DNA of 64,000 nucleotides from an uncultured SAR86 cluster bacterium (GTDB taxonomy: Bacteria > Pseudomonadota > Gammaproteobacteria > Magnimaribacterales > D2472), in NCBI GenBank assembly GCA_902563835.1, contig CACEZB010000006.1:1976-65975 (forward strand), given 5' to 3'. Position 1 is the first letter of the stretch. Each line of letters starts with the position of its first letter. A program made the translations under genes and the position numbers. This document shows positions 22,783 to 32,469 of the stretch, piece by piece. Below the pieces are notes generated by a model. The model ran no database searches and was not told the origin of the DNA. It worked only from the letters and a program-made list of their open reading frames with translations.

Positions 22783-22986
22783 TTATTGATATTCTTCTAT
22801 CCAATGGCTTTGAATTGCTTCAAGTATTTTCTCATTCGATTTATTTGGATCGCCAATAAATCCTTTAAGATCGCAAACTTTTTTATGTAAATCAGGAAAA
22901 CTGATCCATTGTGGATCTATTTCAGGATATTTTTCGTTTAACTCAATAGCTATATCAAAAACATCAAGCCAATCAATTTCATGCAT
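22783..22986 (-). CDS. iscX: Fe-S assembly protein IscX
   Basis: 67 aa. Aligns along its length with E. coli IscX/YfhJ (...YPEIDP...DLHKKVCDL..F.GDPNKSNEKILEAI...W). Confidence 0.9.
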   Translation of the reverse strand: MHEIDWLDVFDIAIELNEKYPEIDPQWISFPDLHKKVCDLKGFIGDPNKSNEKILEAIQSHWIEEYQ

Positions 22987-23327
22987 TAGTGATCCTCTGA
23001 AACCATGTTTATATTGTATTTTGGTAACTCTATCTCTATTTCTTCATCAATTGGTGGGACTGCTTGGCAGCTTAATCTTGATGTTTGTTCCAGACCCCAA
23101 GCTTTATCTAGCAAATCTTCTTCAATATCACTTGCCTCATCTAAGGTTTCAAAACCTTTTCTTACAATACAATGACACGTAGTGCATGCAGCTGACATTT
23201 CACAAGCATGTTCAATTTTTATTTTGTTTCTAAGTGCAGCCTCACAAATAGTTTCATCTGGTAATGACTCTATTTCAGCCCCATTAGGGCAAATTTCCTC
23301 ATGAGGCCATATTTTAATTTTAGCCAT
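22986..23327 (-). CDS. fdx: ISC-system [2Fe-2S] ferredoxin
   Basis: 113 aa. EHACEMSAACTTCHCIV and SRLSCQA cluster-ligand motifs, as in E. coli Fdx. Confidence 0.95.
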   Translation of the reverse strand: MAKIKIWPHEEICPNGAEIESLPDETICEAALRNKIKIEHACEMSAACTTCHCIVRKGFETLDEASDIEEDLLDKAWGLEQTSRLSCQAVPPIDEEIEIELPKYNINMVSEDH

Positions 23328-23330
23328 AAT

Positions 23331-23672
23331 TTAAATAGTGAAACTTTCGCCACATCCACACACAGCTTTGGCATTAGGATTTATAAACTTAATTCCTTTG
23401 TTAAGGCCATCATCAACGTAATCAATTAAGCTACCTTTTAAAAAATCAAAACTTTTTGAGTCTACAAATATCTTACAACCATCCTTTTCAAATGTTAGAT
23501 AATCATCAAATATTTCATCGACAAATTCAAAAGTATATTCATAACCAGAGCACCCCGCCTCTTTTATGCCTACTTTTACTCCCTCACCCTTGCCTCTTTC
23601 ACTAAGCATCTGATGAAAATGACTTATAGCACTTTCAGAAAAGTTTAGTTCAGATGTGTCAAAAGTTTGCAT
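23331..23672 (-). CDS. iscA: Iron-sulfur cluster assembly protein IscA
   Basis: 113 aa. A-type carrier motifs GCSGY and C-terminal CGCGESF. Confidence 0.93.
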   Translation of the reverse strand: MQTFDTSELNFSESAISHFHQMLSERGKGEGVKVGIKEAGCSGYEYTFEFVDEIFDDYLTFEKDGCKIFVDSKSFDFLKGSLIDYVDDGLNKGIKFINPNAKAVCGCGESFTI

Positions 23673-23679
23673 AATTTAA

Positions 23680-24084
23680 TTACTGTTTAGCTTCATAATC
23701 CTCAATTGCTTGCTTAATAGAATCTTCAGCAAGAACCGAACAATGTATCTTAATTGGAGGTAATTCAAGAGCTTCAACAATTTCTATATTTTTTATTGCC
23801 TTGGCTTCTTCAAGTGTTTTACCAATTAACATTTCCACTAATTCGCTGGATGATGCAATTGCTGAGCCACAACCATAAGTTTTAAACTTAACATCTTTTA
23901 TTACATGGGTATTACCTTTTGGTTCACATTTAATTTGAAGCTTCATAACATCTCCACATGCGGGCGCCCCAACCATTCCAGTTCCAACATTTTCATCTTT
24001 TGGATCAAAGCGTCCAACTTTAAATGCCTCTGGATTATTTAAGGTATTTTCGAACTTATCTACTACTTTTTTGCTATATGCCAT
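23680..24084 (-). CDS. iscU: Fe-S cluster scaffold IscU
   Basis: Start moved to ATG 24082-24084 (MAYSKKVVDKFENTLN...). AGGAG lies 7 nt upstream, overlapping the iscS stop. Motifs GAPACGD, YGCGSAIASS and LPPIKIHCS. Confidence 0.95.
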   Translation of the reverse strand: MAYSKKVVDKFENTLNNPEAFKVGRFDPKDENVGTGMVGAPACGDVMKLQIKCEPKGNTHVIKDVKFKTYGCGSAIASSSELVEMLIGKTLEEAKAIKNIEIVEALELPPIKIHCSVLAEDSIKQAIEDYEAKQ

Positions 24085-24094
24085 AATTAATCTC

Positions 24095-25315
24095 CTAATG
24101 CATATTCCATTCAACTTTATCAAGATCTATACCATCTAGGTGCATTTCCCATAATGGCGATAGTTCCCTTAACCTATGAACAACATTGCCTAAAATATCT
24201 AAAGTATTTGTTACATCATCATCACTAGTAAATCTACCAAAAGAGAATCTAATAGAGCTATGTGCTAATTCATCTTTTCTTCCTAAAGCTCTTAAAACAT
24301 ATGACGGTTCCAAGCTTGCAGATGTGCATGCAGAACCTGAAGATACCGCTATATCTTTTAAGCCCATTATTAATGACTCTCCTTCAACAAAATTAAAGCT
24401 AACATTTAAAATGTTAGGTACTTTATTTTTTAAATCTCCATTTATATAAACGTGATCTATTTCTTTTACTTTTTCTAAAAACTTTTCATGGATTTTAGAT
24501 ATCTTTAAGCTATCTTTTTTCATTTCTTCTTTTGCTATTCTGAATGCCTCTCCCATTCCAACTATCTGATGAGTTGCTAATGTTCCTGATCTCATGCCTC
24601 TTTCATGTCCGCCACCATGAATTAATGCTTCTAATCTTACTCTTGGTTTTCTTCTTACATATAAGGCTCCAATACCCTTTGGTCCATATGTTTTATGAGC
24701 AGAAAAAGACATCAAATCAATTGACATTTTATCTAAATCAATTTCTACCTTACCGGTACTTTGTGCAGCATCAACATGAAAAAAGGAACCATTTTTTCTA
24801 GTTATTTCTCCAATCTTTGCGATATCATTAACTGTTCCAAGCTCATTATTTACATGCATTATAGAAACAAGAACTGTCGTATCTTTAATTGCATCCTGTA
24901 CAGCAGATGCACTAATAATACCTTTTTCATCTGGGTCTAAATATGTAACTTCAAAACCTTCTCTTTCTAATTGTCTACAAGGATCAAGTACAGCCTTATG
25001 TTCAATTTTTGAAGTAATTATATGATTTCCTTTTGACTTATAGAATCTTGCGACACCTTTTATGGCTAGATTGTCTGCTTCAGTTGCTCCAGAGGTCCAG
25101 ACAATTTCTCTTGGGTCACAATTAACAAGATTTGCAACATGAGATCTAGCCTCCTCCACTGCTTCATCGGCCTTCCAGCCAAAGCGATGAGATCTAGATG
25201 CTGGATTACCAAACTCCCCATCAGGAGTTAAAAATTCCATCATTTTAGATGCAACTGTTGGGTCAACGGGTGTTGTTGATGCGTAATCTAAATAAATTGT
25301 AGATTGTGTGCTCAT
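24095..25315 (-). CDS. iscS: Cysteine desulfurase IscS
   Basis: 406 aa. PLP lysine motif [12 protein letters not shown] and catalytic loop SSGSACTS. Confidence 0.97.
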   Translation of the reverse strand: MSTQSTIYLDYASTTPVDPTVASKMMEFLTPDGEFGNPASRSHRFGWKADEAVEEARSHVANLVNCDPREIVWTSGATEADNLAIKGVARFYKSKGNHIITSKIEHKAVLDPCRQLEREGFEVTYLDPDEKGIISASAVQDAIKDTTVLVSIMHVNNELGTVNDIAKIGEITRKNGSFFHVDAAQSTGKVEIDLDKMSIDLMSFSAHKTYGPKGIGALYVRRKPRVRLEALIHGGGHERGMRSGTLATHQIVGMGEAFRIAKEEMKKDSLKISKIHEKFLEKVKEIDHVYINGDLKNKVPNILNVSFNFVEGESLIMGLKDIAVSSGSACTSASLEPSYVLRALGRKDELAHSSIRFSFGRFTSDDDVTNTLDILGNVVHRLRELSPLWEMHLDGIDLDKVEWNMH

Positions 25316-25750
25316 CTAATTTATCTCTTTAACCCTAATATATGGGCTATTATCATTTTCTACAAGACTATCAATCGTTATTTTATCTAAGTAATTTTCA
25401 ACGATTCCATTAAGCTCATTCCATAAATCATGAGTACTGCATTTTTTGCCATTATGACAAGAAGAGGAGCCATTGCATTTTCTAGCATCTAGAACCTCAT
25501 CTACAGCATGCATGATCTCTTTAACAGTAATAGACGTAGGATCTTTATCATATAAATACCCTCCATTTCTTCCTCTTATGCTTTTTACAATACCAGCTAT
25601 ACGTAGTTTCCTAAAAATCTGTTCTAAATAGTTCAGTTCTATATTCTGATTTTCAGAGATATCACTTAATGAAACAGGTCCGTTAGACTGTAAAAAACTT
25701 AGTTCTATAAGAGCGCTTACAGCATATCTGCTTTTTGTTGTTAATCTCAC
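25316..25750 (-). CDS. iscR: Rrf2-family Fe-S cluster regulator IscR
   Basis: 144 aa. [17 protein letters not shown] aligns from residue 1 with E. coli IscR. Wing-helix SIRGRNGGY and a cluster-ligand Cys region ([16 protein letters not shown]). GTG start at 25748-25750. Confidence 0.93.
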   Translation of the reverse strand: MRLTTKSRYAVSALIELSFLQSNGPVSLSDISENQNIELNYLEQIFRKLRIAGIVKSIRGRNGGYLYDKDPTSITVKEIMHAVDEVLDARKCNGSSSCHNGKKCSTHDLWNELNGIVENYLDKITIDSLVENDNSPYIRVKEIN

Positions 25751-25756
25751 GGGGAG

Positions 25757-25788
25757 ATTATAAATACCTGACTAATTTAGTCAAGTTT
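25757..25788 (-). promoter_or_regulatory. iscR promoter (-35 TTGACT, 16-nt spacer, -10 TATAAT) overlapped by an IscR type-1 operator
   Basis: The minus strand reads CTTGACTAAATTAGTCAGGTATTTATAATCTCCCCGTG. The plus strand 25764-25788, ATACCTGACTAATTTAGTCAAGTTT, matches the remembered type-1 consensus ATASYYGACTRWWWYAGTCRRSTAT at 24/25 positions. Palindrome core TGACTAATTTAGTCA spans 25769-25783. Confidence 0.6.
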
Positions 25789-26497
25789 TGATATTCATTC
25801 CTAATCTATCTGCAACCTGATGATATGATTCCACAACATCACCCAGCCCCTGCCTAAATCTATCCTTATCCATTTTTTTCATTGTTTCAGAATCCCAAAG
25901 CCTGCAACCATCAGGAGTAAATTCATCAGCTAAAAGAATTTTGCCATTATGAACACCATATTCAACTTTAAAATCAACCAAAATTAAACCTGAGTCTAAG
26001 AATAACTTAGAAAGTATCTCGTTTACCTTATATGTCAGTTTTTTCATCTCCAGTATCTGTTCATGAGTAGCCCATCCAAATGAGATAATGTGCTCATCAT
26101 TTATTAGTGGGTCTCCTAAATCATCATCCTTAAGGAAGAATTCAAATAGAGGATTCTCTAGAATTAAGCCATCTTCAGTTCCCAATCTTTTGCATATTGA
26201 TCCAGATGCCCTATTCCTAATAACACATTCAATTGGAAACATATCTAGTCTATAAACTAACGAATCACTATTATCAATGACTTCAACAAGATGGGTTTCA
26301 ATTCCATTTTGTTTAAGATGATCCATGATAAAAGCATTAAATTGATTGTTAACAACCCCTTTGCCTAAAAGAGCTTCTTTCTTTTTTCCATCAAAAGCCG
26401 AAGTGTCATCGCTGAAATGCATTATTAAATGCTCTTGATTTTCAGTTGTAAACATTGATTTTGCTTTTCCTTTAGTTATTTCTTTTATTTTTTTCAT
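25781..26497 (-). CDS. purC: Phosphoribosylaminoimidazole-succinocarboxamide (SAICAR) synthase
   Basis: 238 aa with typical PurC blocks (GKAK...FSDDTSAFDG, ECVIRNRASGS, LADEFTPDGCRLWD). Confidence 0.95.
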   Translation of the reverse strand: MKKIKEITKGKAKSMFTTENQEHLIMHFSDDTSAFDGKKKEALLGKGVVNNQFNAFIMDHLKQNGIETHLVEVIDNSDSLVYRLDMFPIECVIRNRASGSICKRLGTEDGLILENPLFEFFLKDDDLGDPLINDEHIISFGWATHEQILEMKKLTYKVNEILSKLFLDSGLILVDFKVEYGVHNGKILLADEFTPDGCRLWDSETMKKMDKDRFRQGLGDVVESYHQVADRLGMNIKT

Positions 26498-27468
26498 TAG
26501 CTTAAAGACTCATTAATTTTTGATAGTAATTGTTCAGAATCCTCAATATTACCATTTTTTGATACTGCTCTGACATATGTTTTATTGTTTTCTTCAGTAA
26601 TTATTACTTCAAATTCAGACTCTTCACTAAAAACAATGTCTTGAGAATTATCATTACTAGAGTTTCTTCCTCCAAACAAGCCAAATAAGCCTCTTTCTTC
26701 TTCTTGAGCATAGCTAACAAAAAATACCCCATTATTCCTGTCTCTATCATTAGTAACTATATTTGCTTCTGTTAGTGCTTTACTAACTGAGGACCATGCA
26801 CGATCAAAATTTAAATCAAGTGAAATAACTGTTTTTCCATCTTCGCTAAAAATATTAGCCTTCTTCATTTCATTTAAATTTTGTGCAGCCAATGAAGTTC
26901 CTGAAAAATTATTTATTGATTCAGCAAAGTATTCCACTATCTTTCCCATTTCATTCTGAATTAGCTCTGGGTTACTTTGAATGGTTCCATTATTTTTATC
27001 AATTTGATATAAAAATATCTCTGTAGAAGCCTCTTTAATTCCATGTTCGATCTTCATCATAAGTTTTGTTTCTTGATCGAAATCTATATCTATTTCTCCT
27101 GTATTAGGGTTAGCGCTAATAACTTGATAGATGGAGGTATCCCAATAGTTTTTTGAAATTGGCCATGAAGTTGAAGGAAGTGTTTCAATATAAATCCACA
27201 TTAACTCTCCTAATCTTCTAAGTTGCACTGAGCTATTTCCAGAGGAAGCAAAAATCTGTCTTGGTTTTGGTACTTCAGTATTGCTATCAATACCTTCTGC
27301 ATCTATTACAGGGTAATGATTTTCAATATTTAAGTCATCCAATGAGCCAGGCAAAGCCATACCTTCTTCTATTTGCTCTTCAAGGAATTCATATTTGGTC
27401 TCAGGACCACCAATAAGGGAACATGAAGAAAGTATAAAAAGTACAAGAAAATATTTAAAAATAATCAT
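26497..27468 (-). CDS. bamC: Outer membrane assembly lipoprotein BamC (NlpB)-like
   Basis: 323 aa. Lipoprotein signal with lipobox ILSSC. Conserved dapA-bamC-purC position. Sequence conservation is too weak for me to judge by eye. Confidence 0.6.
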   Translation of the reverse strand: MIIFKYFLVLFILSSCSLIGGPETKYEFLEEQIEEGMALPGSLDDLNIENHYPVIDAEGIDSNTEVPKPRQIFASSGNSSVQLRRLGELMWIYIETLPSTSWPISKNYWDTSIYQVISANPNTGEIDIDFDQETKLMMKIEHGIKEASTEIFLYQIDKNNGTIQSNPELIQNEMGKIVEYFAESINNFSGTSLAAQNLNEMKKANIFSEDGKTVISLDLNFDRAWSSVSKALTEANIVTNDRDRNNGVFFVSYAQEEERGLFGLFGGRNSSNDNSQDIVFSEESEFEVIITEENNKTYVRAVSKNGNIEDSEQLLSKINESLS

Positions 27469-28355
27469 AGTAATTCTAATTTTAACATTTCTGAAATGAT
27501 AATTTCTTGATATTTTCTATCAAGTTCAACTAAAGGAAGTCTGAGAGCGTTTTGAACTAACCCCATTTTATACATCATCCATTTAACTGGTATTGGATTA
27601 GATTGTATAAACAATAAATCATATAAATTCTTTAATTTATCATTAATTTCTTCAGCTTTCTCAACTTCATTTTTTTGGAAAAAAGAGCATATGTCTGAAA
27701 TATATTTTGGCACTACATTTGCAGCAACTGATATTACTCCATGACCCCCAACACTTAGCATGTTAAGAAACGAAGGGTCATCTCCTGAATAAATCTTAAA
27801 ATTATCATTTGATAATGAAATTTTGATTAGGTCTTTTATCCTATCTTTATCACAGACTGCTTCCTTAATACCAACAATATTCTTATGCTCTGATAGAATT
27901 TCTGATGTACTTGGAAGCAAGTCACATGCTGTTCTTGATGGTACATTATATAAAATCTGAGGTATATCTACAGAATCTGCTATTTTTGTGTAATGTTCTA
28001 TTAACCCCTTTTGACTAGGCTTGTTATAGTATGGAGTAACTATTAAAGCATAATTTGCGCCAATAATTTTTGCTTCTTTAGTTAAATCTAATGCTTCTGA
28101 GGTTGAGTTTGCACCAGTACCGGCAATTACAGGTAGTCTTCCGTCAACATAATTAATGGTGTGCCTTATAACTTCAATATGTTCTTCAAAATTTACTGTT
28201 GCTGACTCGCCTGTTGTTCCGACTGAAACAATTCCATTGGTGCCTTGTTGAATATGCCAATCAATAATTTTATTTAATGCATCAAAATCTATTTCACCAC
28301 CTAGCTTCATCGGCGTCACTAAAGCAACTAAACTTCCATTTAAAACTTGCATCAT
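27465..28355 (-). CDS. dapA: 4-hydroxy-tetrahydrodipicolinate synthase
   Basis: 296 aa. GTTGESAT motif, YNVPSRT motif and active-site Lys context (IVGIKEA). Confidence 0.96.
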   Translation of the reverse strand: MMQVLNGSLVALVTPMKLGGEIDFDALNKIIDWHIQQGTNGIVSVGTTGESATVNFEEHIEVIRHTINYVDGRLPVIAGTGANSTSEALDLTKEAKIIGANYALIVTPYYNKPSQKGLIEHYTKIADSVDIPQILYNVPSRTACDLLPSTSEILSEHKNIVGIKEAVCDKDRIKDLIKISLSNDNFKIYSGDDPSFLNMLSVGGHGVISVAANVVPKYISDICSFFQKNEVEKAEEINDKLKNLYDLLFIQSNPIPVKWMMYKMGLVQNALRLPLVELDRKYQEIIISEMLKLELL

Positions 28356-28417
28356 TTATAAATTAAGTAAAAATAAGACTATACACTATTTTAAAAAACT
28401 AATTATAAGGAATAATT

Positions 28418-28885
28418 ATGGGAAAAAAACTTGAAGGAAAAAAATGCCCAAAATTTAATGGGATTTGTACTAATAATAAAAATTTTTCTAATAAAGACTT
28501 TATTGGAAAAAAATTAGTGATTTATTTTTACCCCAAAGATAGCACACCAGGATGTACCACTCAGGGACAAGATTTTAGAGATAATTTTAAAACTTTTAAA
28601 AAATTTAATACTGAAATATTGGGTGTATCAAGAGATAGCATAAAATCTCATGAAAATTTTAAATTAAAGCAATCATTCCCATTTGAACTCTTATCAGATC
28701 CTGATGAAGAAATGTGTAAGGCATTTGACGTTATGAAAATGAAATCAATGTATGGAAGACAGTATATGGGCGTCGATCGATCGACTTTTTTAATTGATGA
28801 AAAAGGTAAAATAGTGAAAGAATGGAGATCAGTTAAAGTAAAGGGTCATGTTGAAGAAGTTCTTTCCTTAGCCCGAGAAATTTAA
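28418..28885 (+). CDS. bcp: Thiol peroxidase Bcp (peroxiredoxin Q family)
   Basis: 155 aa. FYPKDSTPGCTTQ peroxidatic-Cys motif. Sits next to dapA, as in Pseudomonas. Confidence 0.92.
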   Translation: MGKKLEGKKCPKFNGICTNNKNFSNKDFIGKKLVIYFYPKDSTPGCTTQGQDFRDNFKTFKKFNTEILGVSRDSIKSHENFKLKQSFPFELLSDPDEEMCKAFDVMKMKSMYGRQYMGVDRSTFLIDEKGKIVKEWRSVKVKGHVEEVLSLAREI

Positions 28886-29841
28886 TAAATTGCGATATTT
28901 AAATCAGCTTTATTTGTAATACTTCCTCTAATCATCCCACCAGTATTAAAAGGAGTTGATACATTTGCTTCTTTATCTATTGCAATTAAACCTCCTGTTG
29001 CTCCAACTAATTTTAATTCCTCTATTATATTTGTAGCAGATTCATCTAATGATTGGTTTAGGTATTCCATTCTAGCGCATACTTCTTTGGCAACCTGAAA
29101 CTTTATAAAGAATTCTCCATGTCCAGTTGATGAAACTCCACAAATGCCATTTTGCGCCCAGGTCCCTGATCCAATAATAGGAGAATCTCCAACCCTTCCA
29201 GGCATTTTATTTGTCATTCCTCCTGTAGAGGTTGCTGCAGAAATATTGCCATACTTGTCCAGCGCTACGGCTCCTACTGTCCCTATTTTATCTTCAACAA
29301 TATTATTTTTAGCAAGCTTACTTTTAGCTTTTTTTAATCTTTTAAGATTCTTATCAGAATGAAAATAGCTTGGGTCGACAATAGTCTCACCAACCATTTC
29401 TGCAAATGATTCTGCGCCATCACCAACCAAAAAAACATGTTTAGTTTCTTCAGAAATCTTTCTTGCAAGCTTGATAGGATTTTTAATTTTTTTTACTGAT
29501 GCAACAGCCCCAGCAGATCTATCTTTACCAAACATTATTGAGGCATCCATTTCTTGTGTTTCGTCTGAAGTATATACAGAACCCTTACCAGCATTAAATA
29601 AAGGAGAATCTTCGAATTCTGACACAGCAAACTCAACAACATCAAGGCTCGAACCTCCATCCTCTAGAATTTTATATGCAGAAATTAAAGTTTTAGAAAC
29701 CTTTGTTTCAATTATTTTTTGCTGTTCAGGGCTTAAGCCTGACATAACGCCAGCACCACCATGGACAACTATCCCATAATTTTCACTACTCATTATAAAA
29801 ACAGAATAAAGTAATATGACAAAATAAAATCTAAATTTCAT
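28882..29841 (-). CDS. iaaA: Isoaspartyl peptidase / L-asparaginase (Ntn-hydrolase), secreted
   Basis: 319 aa. N-terminal signal peptide, VVHGGAG motif, autoprocessing/nucleophile site GTVGAVALD and GHGEFF motif. Confidence 0.82.
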   Translation of the reverse strand: MKFRFYFVILLYSVFIMSSENYGIVVHGGAGVMSGLSPEQQKIIETKVSKTLISAYKILEDGGSSLDVVEFAVSEFEDSPLFNAGKGSVYTSDETQEMDASIMFGKDRSAGAVASVKKIKNPIKLARKISEETKHVFLVGDGAESFAEMVGETIVDPSYFHSDKNLKRLKKAKSKLAKNNIVEDKIGTVGAVALDKYGNISAATSTGGMTNKMPGRVGDSPIIGSGTWAQNGICGVSSTGHGEFFIKFQVAKEVCARMEYLNQSLDESATNIIEELKLVGATGGLIAIDKEANVSTPFNTGGMIRGSITNKADLNIAIY

Positions 29842-30901
29842 TAGAAGATGAAGCCCGTGGCCAAGAATTCCATACAGCCTTTATAAAGGTTGCTAAAGGT
29901 ATTGAGAAAAATACGCCCCAAAATCCGAACATAGTTCCAAATAAAAATACCGCAAGAATAATTATTAAGGGATGCAGCTTAACCGCTTCTGAAAAAATTA
30001 TAGGTACCAATAGATTTCCATCAATAAATTGAAGCAGTAAATAAAGGCCTACTAATAAATAAAATTGTGTTCCTAGTCCAAATTGAAGCAATCCAATAAT
30101 TACAATTGGAATAGTAACAGTAAAAGCTCCAACATATGGTATTAATACTGACAAACCAACTAAAACTGATAATAAAGCAGTATATTTTAAGCCAAAGGAA
30201 GAAAATAATATCCCTGCTAATATACCAACAATAAAAATTTCTAATACTTTGCCACGAACGTAATTGCTTAATTGAATATCCATCTCAGTCCATACTTTAG
30301 AAAGCATAGCCCTGTCTCCTGGTATTATTTTTAAACAGCCATTAATAATATTCTTCCTATCAAATAAGAAGAAAAAAACAAGAATTGGAAATAAAATAAT
30401 ATATAAGAGCACTTCGATAGTGCTCTGAATACCTGCAATAGACGATTTAACTAAATTTTGAGTTATTGATGATAATTCAGATGATACAGCTTGAAAGAAA
30501 ACAGAAATCTGATCAGAATCAACCAATTCTGGAAAGGCGGCTGGCATTGTTGATAAAAAGTTTAAAAAGTCATTAAAGAGACGTGGTATATCTAATATAA
30601 AAGATTGAAGTTGAACATAAATTAAAGGTATTAACCATGTAAGCATTGCTGCTCCAATAATAATAAAAACTGAGAATGAAAGAATTAATGCCAAAGATTC
30701 AGAAACATTATAAGTTTCAATTTTTTTTTGAAGACCTGCTAACAAGTACGCAACTACGATGCTAATAATAAATGGAGTTAATACTGAGGCAAAGAAACTA
30801 AAAATCACTAAAGTAAAAATAATTGCCAATAAAAATATTACAGTTTCTTCACTGCTAAAAATTCGTTGAAATAAATTATTTAAATGTTTTATCATTATCA
30901 A
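29831..30901 (-). CDS. perM: AI-2E family (PerM/YhhT-like) membrane transporter
   Basis: 356 aa with about 8 TM segments. Family-typical C-terminal region (FLFGTMFGFWGVFFSIPLA). Divergent neighbour of bepA, matching the E. coli perM-bepA pair. Confidence 0.65.
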   Translation of the reverse strand: MIMIKHLNNLFQRIFSSEETVIFLLAIIFTLVIFSFFASVLTPFIISIVVAYLLAGLQKKIETYNVSESLALILSFSVFIIIGAAMLTWLIPLIYVQLQSFILDIPRLFNDFLNFLSTMPAAFPELVDSDQISVFFQAVSSELSSITQNLVKSSIAGIQSTIEVLLYIILFPILVFFFLFDRKNIINGCLKIIPGDRAMLSKVWTEMDIQLSNYVRGKVLEIFIVGILAGILFSSFGLKYTALLSVLVGLSVLIPYVGAFTVTIPIVIIGLLQFGLGTQFYLLVGLYLLLQFIDGNLLVPIIFSEAVKLHPLIIILAVFLFGTMFGFWGVFFSIPLATFIKAVWNSWPRASSSNEI

Positions 30902-31035
30902 GTTACATTATATATAAGATTTGTTGAAAAGATGCAGAATTAAAGCTGTGGCTGTTTAAGAATAAGTTAAATAATAATAAACTTTTCTTTTATTTTACTG
31001 TTCTAAGTTAAAATCAAGATTAATTATTTGAATAA

Positions 31036-32469
31036 ATGAAAATTTATATTTTTGCTAGTTTAATTGTTTTGGCAATAAATTTATTGTCTGATGAAGAGTT
31101 ATCAAGTGAGATAGTTTTACCTGAACTGGGTGACAGGGTTTCAGGAGCGGTATCTTCCGCTCAAGAAAGAGCAATCGGTGAAATGTTTCTTAAACAAATA
31201 TATTTTCAGGCTCCTTTGATATCAGACCCTCTTTTATTTGAGTACACCGAGCATCTTATCTACAGACTTTCAGAGTTTAGCCAGGTCAAAGATAGATATT
31301 TTACAATTTTATTGATTGATGATGATTCGCTCAATGCATTTGCAGCTCCTGGAGGCATTATTGGTGTAAATGGAGGATTATTCCTTCATGCAGACAATGA
31401 AGGGCAATTTTCATCTGTATTGGCTCATGAGTTAGCGCATTTAAGTCAAAGGCATTTTGCAAGAAATGTGCTCAAGTCACAAGATAGCAATTTAGCATCT
31501 GCGCTTGTTATGGTTTCTTCTATAGCTGTAGCTCTAATAAGCAATAATCCAAATGCGATTGCGGTAGGGCCGGCTATCCTGCAATCACAAAATTTAAGAT
31601 ACAGCCGTTTATTTGAAAAAGAAGCAGATAGAGTGGGTTTTATTAATCTAGTAAATGCTGGATATGATCCAAAATCTATGGGAGAAATGTTTGAGAATAT
31701 GAATGCTATCAGAAGGCTGTCAGGCGATTTACCTCCTGAATTTCTATTAACTCACCCATTGTCATCATCTAGGATTAGTGATGCATTTAATGCTGCTGAA
31801 AATATAACTTCAGAGGGAAGAAAAAAGGACTCGCTTGAATTTTCATTAATGAAAAGTAGATTGGAAGTATATTATGAAACAATCCCTTTAAATGCATTAA
31901 GACTATATAAATCTAAAGTAGATGAGAACCCTTCAGATGGAAATCTTTATGGTCTAGCTCTTGCGCATAACAAAAATAATAATTTTAAAGAAAGTATAGA
32001 ATTATTAGACACATTAATAAAAAAATATCCAAAAAATCTTGTTCTTAATAACACCAAAGTTGATACTTTGATTGCTTTTGAAAAATATAAAGAAGCCTTG
32101 GTTTTAGTAAATAAATTTCTAGAAATTTCGCCAAAAAATTATCCTCTTTCAATTTCTAAATCAAAATTACTTCTATTAACAAAACAATATTTTCAGTCTG
32201 AAGAAATAATTAGAGATCAGCTCTTAAGGAAGAACAGTGATCCAGAGCTATGGTTTCTTTTGTCTGAAATCCAAAGAAGTAGTAAAAATATTATTGGTTA
32301 TCATCAAAGCAAAGCTGAATATTTTCTTTTGCTTGGTCAAGACGAGCAAGCCCTTAATCAATTAGAATTTGCATTGCAGCTTACACAAAATAATTTTCAA
32401 GCTTCAGATAGGATAATGACCAAAATTGTTGAAATTAAAAAAACTTTAGATAGTTCTAGAGGTCTTTGA
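31036..32469 (+). CDS. bepA: Periplasmic M48 metalloprotease/chaperone BepA (YfgC) with TPR domain
   Basis: 477 aa. Signal peptide, zinc motif VLAHELAHLSQRH, downstream EKEADRVG and a C-terminal TPR-like region. Confidence 0.87.
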   Translation: MKIYIFASLIVLAINLLSDEELSSEIVLPELGDRVSGAVSSAQERAIGEMFLKQIYFQAPLISDPLLFEYTEHLIYRLSEFSQVKDRYFTILLIDDDSLNAFAAPGGIIGVNGGLFLHADNEGQFSSVLAHELAHLSQRHFARNVLKSQDSNLASALVMVSSIAVALISNNPNAIAVGPAILQSQNLRYSRLFEKEADRVGFINLVNAGYDPKSMGEMFENMNAIRRLSGDLPPEFLLTHPLSSSRISDAFNAAENITSEGRKKDSLEFSLMKSRLEVYYETIPLNALRLYKSKVDENPSDGNLYGLALAHNKNNNFKESIELLDTLIKKYPKNLVLNNTKVDTLIAFEKYKEALVLVNKFLEISPKNYPLSISKSKLLLLTKQYFQSEEIIRDQLLRKNSDPELWFLLSEIQRSSKNIIGYHQSKAEYFLLLGQDEQALNQLEFALQLTQNNFQASDRIMTKIVEIKKTLDSSRGL

